A stretch of 60,000 nt of DNA, taken from positions 8,868,001 through 8,928,000 of the forward strand of contig NC_058369.1 in assembly GCF_018350175.1 (NCBI RefSeq), in the 5' to 3' direction. Within the stretch, counting starts at the first letter, position 1; each line of letters opens with the position of its first letter. This document shows, one piece after another, positions 38,651-49,624 of the stretch. Origin of the DNA: Felis catus (Eukaryota). The position numbers were made by a program, and so were the translations under genes. A model generated the notes under the pieces. The model saw only the letters and a program-made list of their open reading frames with translations. It ran no database searches and was not told the origin of the DNA.

Positions 38651-39210
38651 AAACATAAACATCAAAAAAAAATTTTTTTAAGAAATTTACATAGTTTCAA
38701 GAGCCCTGTGTCAGGGACAGAATTGAAGGCCACATATTAAGCCAAGACTGGCTTTTAGTGCTCTTATCCCTAGGAATTTACAAGTGCCAGTCACCTGGGG
38801 CAGAGATATTTCCCATTATCTGACAGATGACTCTTAACATTTTATATCCCTCCCTCTACCCTTTGGGCTCCACATCTGTATAAGGTGATAAGAAAGCCTG
38901 GGTGCTCAGCTTTGGCCCTGGCAAGAGAGTCAATCACATAAGTCCCTGCCCATGAGCACAAACTCTCACCCTAGCCACCCTCCAACCAACCTGAATAAAA
39001 CCCAGGCCAGTCTCCTTCCCTTGCTTTCTCAAGGCATTTCTCGCCTGCTTGAGAAGGCCTGCCTGGCCCTCCCCGGAAACTTCCATTATGAAAGTCAATA
39101 AACCTTTTCACACGTTGCTGGTAGGTGCGTTTTAGTCTCTGCTACTCAACCAAACCTTGGTGAGGGGGATGGGAGGGTGGTGGGGATCCTCCTGTCTCTA
39201 CAGGTTATAG
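37600..39210 (+). mobile_element. Second MER74-like LTR (possible 3' LTR of the module B provirus), split by a MER21-like insertion
   Basis: 38825-39210 contains TGATAAGAAAGCCTGGGTGCTC, CCAGTCTCCTTCCCTTGCTTTCTCAAG and an intact AATAAA (39097-39102). Same orientation as the 25.3-kb LTR. Left boundary uncertain. Confidence 0.55.
37700..38822 (-). mobile_element. MER21-like LTR nested in the MER74-like LTR (contains a SINE at ~38448-38680)
   Basis: GATCCCACAGGTTAAGTGCTCAGTCCCACAGGAC matches the recalled MER21 consensus; opposite orientation to the 36.7-kb copy. Confidence 0.5.
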
Positions 39211-39225
39211 AAGAGGTGACCTGGC

Positions 39226-39242
39226 ATATATATATACATATG

Positions 39243-39280
<38 letters not shown>

Positions 39281-39345
39281 CATATGTATATGTATGTATA
39301 TATGTATATGTATATATATGTACATATATATATGTACAATATAGT
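39226..39345. repeat. (TA)n/(TATG)n AT-rich repeat containing a 60-bp perfect palindrome
   Basis: 39232-39291 equals its own reverse complement. Confidence 0.9.
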
Positions 39346-39715
39346 ATGTTCTAGTAATGCATACTCGTTGATCTTTTCATATCATACCTTTGTTTTGTTT
39401 TAAGCAGGTGTTTTTTTATTAAAAAAAATTTTAATGTTTCCTTATTTGAGAGAGAGGCAGAGACAGAGCATGAGCAGGGGAGGGGCATCGAGAGAGGGAG
39501 TCACAGAATTGGAAGCAGGCTCCAGGCTCTGAGCTGTCAGCACAGAGCCCGACAGAGAGCTCGAACTCACAAACGGTGAGATCATGACCTGAGCCGAAGT
39601 CAGACGCTCAATCAACTGAGCCACCCAGGCGCCCCTCAAAGCAGGTTTTTTTCTTTAAAGTTTACTTATTTATGAGAGAGACAGCGAGCGAGCAGCTCAC
39701 ACGTGCACAAGCAGG

Positions 39716-39716
39716 G

Positions 39717-39763
<47 letters not shown>

Positions 39764-39774
39764 AGGGAGGGAGG

Positions 39775-39821
<47 letters not shown>

Positions 39822-39828
39822 AGGGAGA
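39716..39828. repeat. (GA)n/(GGGA)n purine tract within a SINE
   Basis: Direct read. Confidence 0.9.
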
Positions 39829-40229
39829 ATCCCAAGCAGGCTCCTCACTGGCAGTGTGGGGCTCGAACCCAGAAGTGGTGAGATCACGACCTGAGCCCAA
39901 ATCAAGACCTGGCGCCAGCCAGGTGCCTCCCCCTTTGATTTTTAAAGTCCATATGATGAGTTTATGTGACTCATTCTTTCTAAATAGACAGTTGGCTTGT
40001 TACCAATTTTTTTCTGCCACACCCGAGAATGAAAACTCACACTGCCCCATTACATAAGAAGCAAACTTACAAATTGTTCTTTTTCGACCTTAATAACTTC
40101 TTAAAGTCTTTGATCATCCAACAGACTGAGAAAAGAGTGTACAAAATGTTCTGTGGTAGGATTTGCTAGCAATACACACATCCCTGGAAGCATCACGAAG
40201 ATTCCTAACTGTGGGCCGCAGTGAGAGTC

Positions 40230-41400
40230 TCATGTTGGTTCCCTCCCGGGCTCACCACCGTCCCGCCCCCTAGGTGACCCCGTCCCGACGCTTTGTTCAT
40301 CCTTTAGACCTTTACCGTCTATTCTTTGCCATCGAGCAGTGTTCTTTCGGGTTGCCTTCTTCCGTCTTTGAACAGAGAAGTATCAACGGAATTACACCGG
40401 AAGGTTTTCTCACATGTGAGCACCTGAGGGTTCGGGCCTGGTCTGGGACTGAGGGGCTCAAGCCTCCCACCAAGCTCAGTGGCCCCAAGGCTTCGAGAGT
40501 CTTTGAAGACCAAAGGAGTGGGGGTTGGGGGCGCGGTGGGCAGACGACTCCCTGCTGGAAAATGATCAAAGACCAACATGGAACCGGACTCATGCTTACG
40601 AATGGTGAGGTCACTTGCGCGTGCGCTTGTGAGGAAGGGTCACGGTTCCGTGAGCGGCCTGGCGGCCTCGCGCTTCCCAGCGATGGCCTTGGAGACAACA
40701 GGCGGCAGCCCCCTGCCCAAGCAAGGTCGGCTCAAAGACGTGACCTCCGGCCCGCTGTCGCTCAGGCGGGAGGGGGCGGGGCCGTGCGAGCCGTCCAATC
40801 AGGGGAGCCGCCGGAGCCGTACGTGCGGGCGACGCGCCGTGGACGCCGTGGACGGCGAGGGCTGTGTGCGGTGGCTGCTGTGCGTCCGAGCCTCGCACCC
40901 GCTGGCGCCGTCCTTAGGGGCTTCGGGAGGTTCCGCCGCGCCCTGGGTCGCCGCGACCTGCGCTGGCCGCGGCAGCCGGATGGTGGGCGACCCGGCACCC
41001 CGGAAACCGAGCGATGGTGAGTGTGCGGGGCCGGGAGTCGGGAACCGGGGGCGGCGGGACCTGGGCTCGCGGCCGTGACCCCCGGAGTGTGGGGACCCGA
41101 GTCCGCTGCCGGCGCGGCACGCAGCGCGGGGCCGGGCGGCAGCCGGGACCCGGGCGTCCCGTCCCGTCGCTGTGCGCGGCCGCGCCTCCCGTAGACTGGG
41201 CGATGACCACCGGAGGGTCATCGGGGGACGGTCACACCTCGGTCTCCGGGGTCCGTGCGTGGGAGGATCTGTGGTCTGTGGGGTCCCCAGTCCCTCTCTC
41301 CCGGGAGGGAGGGGGGGTACCCGTTTTCCCCTCACTTTTCCAGATGTCCGGGGAGTGGGGTCTCAAAGCCACGACCCTGTGCCCCCAGGCTAGCTCTTCG
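40230..41400 (+). promoter_or_regulatory. CpG-island promoter of module C
   Basis: CpG-dense. CTGTCGCTCA (40755-40764), GC box GGGGGCGGGGCC (~40772-40783), CCAAT (40795-40799). Confidence 0.8.
41014..41016 (+). CDS. Start codon at the end of an ATG-only first exon (module C)
   Basis: CCGGAAACCGAGCG-ATG|GTGAGTGTGCGGGGCCGG, with donor context identical to module B. Confidence 0.7.
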
Positions 41401-44400
41401 TAAGACTGGAAATACATGCTTCAATTTCCAGATCCTTCCCTGCATTCCGAAACGCCATCTTCCCTCTCCAGTTCACAGCATCATTATTAACTGTTTGTTC
41501 TCCGTGATGCATTGCAAATTATGCAGTATTTTATCGTTTATCTAACAGCCGCGAATGGTTCTTTTTAAAGACTTTTTTTTTTTTTTTTTTTGTCTGTGAA
41601 TATTTTACGTAAGAGGAAAGCCGAGAGTAACCACCTGGAATACATAGCATGAAATTCCTTTGCCTCTCCTCCCAGTATCTTTCCTGAGCACAGACATCCT
41701 GTGGGAAGTCCTTTGGGTGGCGGTTCCTCTTTGGAAACTTCCCTGGGTGCTGTGTCCTGTCTGGATTGCCTCACCTGAGTTTGTGACTGTATTCAACTTC
41801 TTTAAGCCTGCGTTTTCTAATAAGATGTATTTAATCCATAGATCTTGAAAGTATAAAATTCTACAAAGAGGCAAGAAAGGGGTGAATTTCGGGGGGGGGA
41901 GCATTTCCTTGTTTCATCTATTAAAATTTTTGTTTCCTTTTTTTCTTCCCATGAGCAGGTGTAGTAACACTCAGAGAGTTGTCCTTTTGGGTGATTTCAA
42001 ATGCAATACCAGGACTTAGACTTGTACCACCTCGAAAGGTGTTCAATAATTATTGTTTCCAAACAGTTTCTTGCCATGGAAATAATAATTAACTGACATA
42101 TTTATGGTTTTTGAAAGGAGTAGATATGTGTGTGTGTGTGTGTGTGTTGTTGAACTAAAAAAATACCTTACAATTTGCTTCCCTCCCTTACACATACATA
42201 AATGCTGGATATGAGCGATTTTTTTTCACAGTAGGCTTATCACTTTTAAAATGTTATTGGTGGTTCAGAGCAAGTTGGTAGGAAGCAGAAGCCTGAGGTC
42301 AGTGTTTCTAAGGTAAGGCTCCCCCCTTGGGGCACCTGGGTGGCTCAGTCGGTTTAAGTGTCAGACTCTGGCTCAGGTCATGATCTCACAGTTTGTGAGT
42401 TTAAGCCCCCCGTCGGGCTCTATGCTGACAGCTCGGAGCCTGGAGCCTGCTTCGGATTCTGTGTCTCCCTCTCTCTGCCCTTCCCCTGCTCACTCTGCCT
42501 GTCTGTCTGTCTCTCTCAAAAACAAACATTAGGGGCCCCTGGGTGGCTCAGTCGGTTAAGCGTCTGACTTCGGCTCAGGTCACGATCTCATGGTCCATGA
42601 GTTCGAGCCCCGCGTCCGGCTCTGTGCTGACAGCTCAGAGCCTGGAGCCTGCTTCGGATTCTGTGTCTCCTTCTCTCTCTCTGCCCCTCCCCCGTTCATG
42701 CTCTGTCTCTCTCTGTCTCGAAAATAAATGAACATTTAAAAACAAAAAGAAAAAAAAAACATTAAAAAAAAAATTATGGCAAGGCCCCCCACCTTGAGCC
42801 TAGAAAGGGAAATACTTGAAGGCCCAGTTGGTTCTTCCTGGAGAGCCTCCCCCAGCAGGTGCCCTACCTGTTCAGACACCCCAGAAGGAGCTGAGGGAAT
42901 CTGCAGAACCAAGGAAAGCTGGGGGTGCTTGTGTCCATGGGGGGTGGGGTTAGGGAACAGGGCAGTGTTTCTCCTTCTGAGGTTGTAATCGTGGTTTCCT
43001 TGGACTCCTTTTCCTTCCTTCCTTCCTTCCTTCCTTCCTTCCTTCCTTCCTTCCTTCCTTCCTTCCGACTGTGCAAGTGGGGGAGGGCCAGAGAGAGGGA
43101 GAGAGAAGGAATCCCAAGCAGGCTCCACACTGTCAGCACAGAGCCTGACATGGGGCTCGAACCCACGAACCGTGAGATCATGGCGTGAGCCAAAACCAAG
43201 AGTCGGACGCTTAACCTACTGAGCCACCCAGGCACCCCCCCCCCCTCCTTGGGCCTGTTTCTAGACACAGGCTTGAGCTTTGCGTCTGCAGTGTAGGCGC
43301 ACTCGGAGTAATTTGTGTACATTGACAAAGTCCGGGAAGGTCAGGAGATCTGCCTTCTGGACAAAGAGTTTGTGAATTTGGAAGTTCTTTTGAGTCAGAT
43401 CCTTAAGTCACATCTGGCCAGTGGTTTCCTGACTTGCAAGAATTGAACCCTGAGAGACGAATGTTTCCATTATGCCCTGAGAGAGGTGTATGTGTAGCTC
43501 CCAGCCTTCATTCCTATCACTTCCTTCCTGTGGCTGCTCAGGTGTTGCCCCCACCCCCACGCCTCCATCACCAGGAACTGGGCCCGGGGGCTGTATCCCA
43601 ACAGGTGCGGTCTGGACCACAGACTGGGAATGGGAGTTTTCCTTCTGAACCGTGGGGAAGCAGGCTGCTTGTCTCGCCTGATTCAAATATTTGCATTTTT
43701 TTTTTAACGTTTATTTATTTTTGAGAGAGAGACAGAGCAAGAGCTGGGGAGGGGCAGAGAGACAGACACAGAATCCGAAGCAGGCTCCAGGCTCTGAGCT
43801 GTCAGCACAGAGCCCGATGTGGGGCTTGAACCCACTAACTGTGAGATATATGAATATATGGAGTTTTTATATATATATATATATATTTAGATCTTTTTTT
43901 AAATGTTTATTTTTGAGAGAGACAGAACATGAGCAGGGGAGTGGGGGCATAGAGAGAGGGAGACATAGAATCCAAAGCAGGTTCCAGGCTCTGCACCGTC
44001 AGCATAGAGCCTGACGCGGGGCTCGAACTCCCGAACCGCATGATCATGCCCTGAGCCGAAGTCGGATGCTCAACCGACTGAGCCACCCAGGCGCCCCTGC
44101 GTTTCTTTTCTCATATAAGTTTATATATTGCATATTGCAGCTTTCAACTCCATGTAGTTTCCTTTAGCCATTAGTGATCCTGTTTTCTTTGCGAGAGCAA
44201 TGAATTTTTAGTTCTTGGACTTTGAAAATGTAGGTTGATTTAAAGATACAATGGGAGGGGGCGCCTGGGTGGCTCAGTCGGTTGAGCGTTCAACTTCGGC
44301 TCAGGTCATGATCTCACAGCTCGTGAGTTCGAGCCCCACGTTGGGCTCTGTGCTGACAGCTCAGAGCCTGGAGCCTGTTTCGGATTCCGTGTCTCTCTCT

Positions 44401-45884
44401 CTCTCTCTCTCTCTCTGCCCCTCCCCCATTCACACTGTCTCTCTCAAAAAAATAAATAAACATTTAAAAAGTAAATAAATAAAGATACAATGGGAGTAAG
44501 GCAAGGAATTATGAAACCAAACAGAGTATCTGTTCCTTTTTAGGCAAAAGAGTCTCAAGATGTGAGATGGGTGTATTTGAGGTTCTCAGGTAGATTTTAT
44601 GTTTTAGGTCAGCTTTTTATTTGTATGCCCCCAGAGAGCTTTGGAAATTTGAATTCTGTAATGTTAAAGTTTAAGGGAAATGAATTCCTATTTTAATTGA
44701 TAGGAGGAAAACTACTCAAAAGTTGCATCAATCTTTGATAATCCTAATACATTTAATGGGTGAGGACCAAATCCCTAGTATATTACAATATGCTACTTAA
44801 TCTTAAAAATAGTTTTTAAGTTTATTTATTTTGAGAGAGCAAACACAAACGGGAGGGGTGGGGGTGGGGGGGGGAGAGAGAGAATTAGAGAGTGAGAGAG
44901 AATCGCAAGCAGGCTCTGAGCCCAATTCAGGACTCGAACTCACAAACTGTGAGATCATGACCTGAGCTGAATTTAAGAGTCAGACACTTAACTGACTGAG
45001 CCACCCAGGCATCCCCCCCACCCCCCCCAATTTTTTTTTTTTTTAATTTTAAAGAGCAAAACAAGTTCATTCAAAATAAAGGCTGTTAGAAAAATATGGG
45101 GCACCTGGCTGGCTCTGTTGATGCATCACATGATTCTTGATCTCGGGGTTATGAGTTAGAGCCCCATGTTGGGTGTAGAAATTACTTACAATCTTAAAAG
45201 ATAAAAATAACAGTAAAAAAATGTGGTTTATATATATGACTATTTTATTTCATTTTAGTTTTTAGTTTTCATTTTTGAGAGAGACAGAGACTACATTAGT
45301 GGGGGAGGGGCGGGGAGCTAGGGAGAGAGAGAAAATCCCAACCAGGCTCTGCACTGACAGTGTGCAGAGCCCGAAGTGGGGCCTGAACCCACGAACCTTG
45401 AGATCATGACCTGAGCCAAAACCAAGAGTCAGACACTTACCCAACTGAGCCACCCAGGCGTCCCAGTGACTATTTACTTCAGATAATGTATGCATGGGGG
45501 GCGCCTGGGTGGCTCAGTTGGTTGAGTGACTGACTTCAGCTCAGGTCATGATCTCACGGTTCGTGAGTTCGAGCCCCACATCAGGCTCTCTGCTGGCCGT
45601 GTAGAGCCTGCTTCAGATTCTCTGTCTCCCTGTCTCTCTCTCTCTCTCTCTCTGCCCCTCACTGCACTCTCTCTCTCTCAAAAATAAACATTAAAAAAAA
45701 AAAAAAAAACCTTTAGCTAATGGATGCATGGGTTCGTAAAAATCTGGTCCACTCCAGAGCTCTGGCTTCAGCCACCCCCAGAAATAAGCGGTGATCATTT
45801 CTGGAGCATCCTGTCCGTGTTTCTTTATATGAAAACAAGCACTCGCACATTCACGTTTTTCTTCCCCACGTTTTCCTCCTTGTA

Positions 45885-46260
45885 ATGAGCAGTAAGATTG
45901 CACATCTTTGGGTGTTTGGCTGCTCACGGTTTAAGCCTCCTCCTTCCCTCTTTCTCTTATGCCCCCAACTTGGTCAAGCTGATGAGAAAGTCTGGGGGGT
46001 GTCTCTGGAGATGGCAAGAGATTCCAATCACGGAGGCCCCCACCCCTGTGCGAGAGTTCTTGCCGCGGCCCCACCTCCCAGCTCCGGGGAACACCAAACC
46101 AGATTCTTTCCATTGGTTTCTGAAGCCGTTTCAGAGCTGCTTGAGGGGCCAGCCCTACCGTCCCCAGAGCCTTGGTTATGGGATTTGTAAGCCTTTTCCT
46201 CCCATCTTGATGCATGTATGCGTGTACACGGGAACCACATCTCTGCAGGCGACCGTAAGT
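45885..46260 (+). mobile_element. 5' LTR (MER74-like) of the module C provirus remnant
   Basis: CAAGCTGATGAGAAAGTCTGG...AAGCCTTTTCCT, followed by PBS-like TGTCACCGTGAGCC. Homologous to the LTRs in modules A and B. Confidence 0.6.
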
Positions 46261-49200
46261 TTTGTCACCGTGAGCCATGTCCAGACGTGACCCCCATGCT
46301 GCGGGCCTGCTTCTCTTGCTCCGACTTGCTCACCAGCTCTGCTGCCCGAAGGCGGTGTGTGCCGTGGGCGCTGGGTGCCGGGGAGCTCGCGCTGTGACCC
46401 GTGCTGCCCTGTGGTGTGTTGGTGACCCTCCCCAGCCTCAGCTCTGTGTTCAGCCCACCAGAGGTGGCCGTTCACAGGATCCCTAGGTGTTTGGGAGCAG
46501 GGGTGTAGGATTGAGACCCTCCTTGAAGTGGTCCTGTTCCACGTATTTGCTGGTTTGGATCTGTGTTGGGGGGGAAGCTGTGACAGAGGCTGGGTTGGCC
46601 TCACATGCCTGGGTGGGGGGCAGAGGGACTATACCCTGTGCAAAAGGAGGGCCCATTGTGTGGTCAGTCCTGAAATAACAGTTAATTAGAGAAAGAGAAG
46701 AAAGGGTGAAAGGCAGCCAGTACTTGGGGGCCTGAGTCCACGCTCCTTGACCCCAGAGGACTCTCCAGGACCTTTAAGCACCTCTGCTGCTTCTGCCCCT
46801 GCCTCTACTGCAGCCAAGATCCTGAGCCTCCAGGTAGAGGGCACGACACTCAGGTGCCCCTGTGGCACAGCAAAGGGATTGGTTCCACTTGATTTAAGTC
46901 CAGGGCCCTGAAACCCTGCAGGGCAGCCAGTGGTCACGGGAGAGGCTCCTAACCCTGATGGCACTGTTCTCAGGCTCTCTGGAGGAAATGGTGTGTAAAT
47001 ACCAGGACAGAGAGGCCGCCCCCTCCCTCGAAGTATAGCCAGTGATGGGAAAAAACAAGACAGGAGGGAAGCAAAAGAAAAAAGTGTTGAAGCTGATGCA
47101 GGCAGCCGGGGACTGAGAACCCAGAGGGGTTTCCGCTGGACCAGCCGAGAGGCTCCCTGGCTGTGCGCAGGATAGAAATCAAATGTCAGCCAGCAGGAAG
47201 TGAGAGAGAGTTTATCGAAGAGAGAGAGAGCGAGCAGATTCAGATGGAGCTCTTAGGAGACTCAGAAAGGAGAAGGAGAAGGAGTCTCGTCTTTGTTTAG
47301 GGCCTGGGGTTTCTGTCGAGGACGGTGGTCTGGTGTACGTGTCCTCTCGGGTGTTGGGGAACTCGTCCAACGAGGGCGAGTGCTCCTGTGTCCTCCGTAA
47401 GTCACTTACACCCTGGAGCCAGGGGTCTCAGCATCACCTGGAGTCAGTGTTCCTGGAAAACGTATATGGTGACGCCCCCTGCTGACTCCTTAGATGTTAC
47501 GTATTTTGCTGGAAAACGCCAAAGATACCATTAATTCCTTGACCTTTACAAGGAGAGCACACGTTTTGGGCACCTGGGTGGCTCAATCGGTTAGGCGTCC
47601 AGCTTCGGCTCAGGTCATGATCTCGCGGTGCGTGGGTTCGAGCCCCGCATCGGGCTCTGTGCTGACAGCTCGGAGCCTGGAGCCTCCCTCAGATTCTGCG
47701 CCTCCCCTCTCTTTCTGTCCCTCCCTCCGTCTCTCTCTCCCCCCTTTCCTCTCTCTCTCAAATAAGTAAACATTACAAAAATTATTAAAAAGAACAACCA
47801 AGAGCGCATACGTTAAGGTACGTGTGAGGCAGGGATGCAGGCCCTAGCAAGAATAGAAGCAGGAAACGGAGCAGAGAGAAGAAAAAGAAAACAGCCTTTT
47901 TCCCATGGGGTCCCTTCAGTTGCCCTGTCTCAAAACCCAGCTCTGCAGTTGTACCAGTTGGAAATTCAACATCTGCGAGAAGAATTTACACAACAAAAAA
48001 AGATAAAAGTACCCTCCTTGCTGCTTCCGGCCTCCACAGCACAGGTTCCGGATGCATCTTGCCGGCTGCCCTAACGCGCTAAGTTAGGAACCTCAGGCAC
48101 ATGATCAGTACTAGGGCTCACCTTGCAGTTACACCCGGGGACCCCACTAAACTTAAGCAGGGTACCCCTGATCATCTTAAGGGAGTTGCTGACTATGACA
48201 GGACAGCTAAGCACGTCTCCCCTTAACCATGAGAACCATGGTGTTACCTGATTTCCCATGGTCTTAGCGCCCGTTGTTCTTAAATATCCCGCACTGAGCG
48301 GAGCAGGTCTGAACCCAGTGTCTCCTAAATTAAATTTAAATTTTGTGTTTGGCACTTATGGGACCCCACAGATCTTACTGCACCCCTCCCCACCCCGTTA
48401 AATTACTTAATCTGACCCACTGTAAACTAAAAAGGGCCTTGAGGGATTGGAAACCATTGGTTAGAAACCACTTAATTTAATGAAAAAGTAATTATTCCCC
48501 CTGGTTCTCCTTTTAACAGCCTTATTTGACCTATTCTTAAATCTGCAAGCAATGAATGCCCCTTCAGAATGAATTAGTGCAAACTCGTTCCCAGTCCCCA
48601 CCGTTACGGAAATGACTGACTCCCTTCAGCGACAGATCAGTGTGGTGCAGTCACAGGTTTGGCCACGTCTGTTTTGTTCGGGGGCTGTTTCAACAGTCTG
48701 CCAGGTGCAGTTGGCCATCAAGTAGTGTAATACCAACGACATCCTCCTCTGAAGTCATTTGGGACTTCAAAACTTTTGACAAGAAGAGCTCATGAAAAGG
48801 GGACGTGCCATCACCGTATATACGATGTGAGGCTTTCGCACCTTGTCTAAGTTCTTAAAAAGAATTCTTGGTAAAGAGGTAACTGTTGTTCAGATTCTTT
48901 TAGTGTTGTGGAGGCAACATATTCCTTGTTTAAAATTTTACTTGAGCCCGTTTTTGCTGTTACTTGTAAAATGGCCCATCCTGAATAGGCACCCCTTACA
49001 ACAAAACAGGAAGATTCTGGACGCCGGTCAAATTGCTGTGCAGCAGACACACCTGTTAGTGCCCTCCAGCGGTTTCACAGCAGAGGCTTCGGTGACTTCC
49101 TCTCGTGCCTCTTGGAGTTCCCTGCGACGGCCTCATGTTGTCCCTAGGTTTTTGATGCGCGAGATGGCCCTAGGCCCCAAACTGTATGCCATCAGTCTTG

Positions 49201-49620
49201 GCACTGAGCAGCAGTGGCGTCCCCCTGTGTTTACACTCTTGGGTGATTGTCCAAGAGATGCCCCTCTGTGGTCAAAGAATTCTGGGACTCTCTCGCCTCA
49301 CAGATACCCACAACATATAAGTCAAGGTAATAGGTCTCCGCGTCTGCTAAGGCGTCTGTGTAGGTCCTCGCCTGTCCACATCGGCTCCTTATCCACATCA
49401 GAGTTCCAGACGCTCCTGCTGGTAACGAAGGCACTCGTTTCACTGCTCAGAGCGTACAGTGGCGAGCTCTCACGAAGACACTGAGTGGAAATTTCTGGTC
49501 GCGCGCGTCTCAGGGTTTAGGCCTCATAGAGTGCTATCGTAGGTTATTGGAATAAATTCAAAGGAGTTGAATGAACAGTGGCTTCTTTCAGTCATCGGGG
49601 GTGAATAGCGCATCTGTCTT
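46261..49620 (+). mobile_element. Degenerate ERVL internal region (gag/pro/RT/RNaseH/IN), module C
   Basis: Protease-like ISTRAHLAVTPGDP (~48104-48145); RT-like SPFNSLI*PILK (48506-48541) and TNDILL (48732-48749); WRQHIP; integrase-like GNEGTRFTAQSVQ (from 49421) and GLIECY (from 49520). Confidence 0.8.
47094..47932 (-). mobile_element. Solo LTR inserted in the ERVL remnant of module C (contains a SINE at ~47568-47790)
   Basis: TG...CA termini with an imperfect 4-bp TSD (AAGC/AAAC). The flanks join seamlessly in the module B homolog near 27545. Confidence 0.6.
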
Positions 49621-49624
49621 CCTC

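Larger units (their letters stand above)
20240..39210 (+). pseudogene. Module B: exon 1 + intron-1 homolog of a KRAB-ZNF gene lacking its own KRAB/zinc-finger exons (truncated paralog or alternative 5' end of gene C)
   Basis: Collinear with module C at the proximal intron, the ERV LTR/gag-pro region and the L1-MER21 junction (36.3-36.9 kb vs 53.3-55.2 kb). I found no KRAB-A or C2H2/HTGEKP sequence between 20397 and the next promoter. Confidence 0.5.

Noticed and set aside
20397..40200. Expected KRAB-A/KRAB-B and C2H2 zinc-finger exons
   Set aside because: No FEDVAV/EEW or HTGEKPY-like coding sequence seen by eye or in the ORF track, so no gene symbol is assigned.
48843..49484. 213-aa ORF with pol-like patches (WRQHIP, QIAVQQ, FTAEASVTSSRASWS) as a possible domesticated ERV protein
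   Set aside because: Non-ATG start, drifts in and out of the pol frame, catalytic motifs nearby are destroyed, and the module A homolog is not open. Local GC gain explains the lack of stops.
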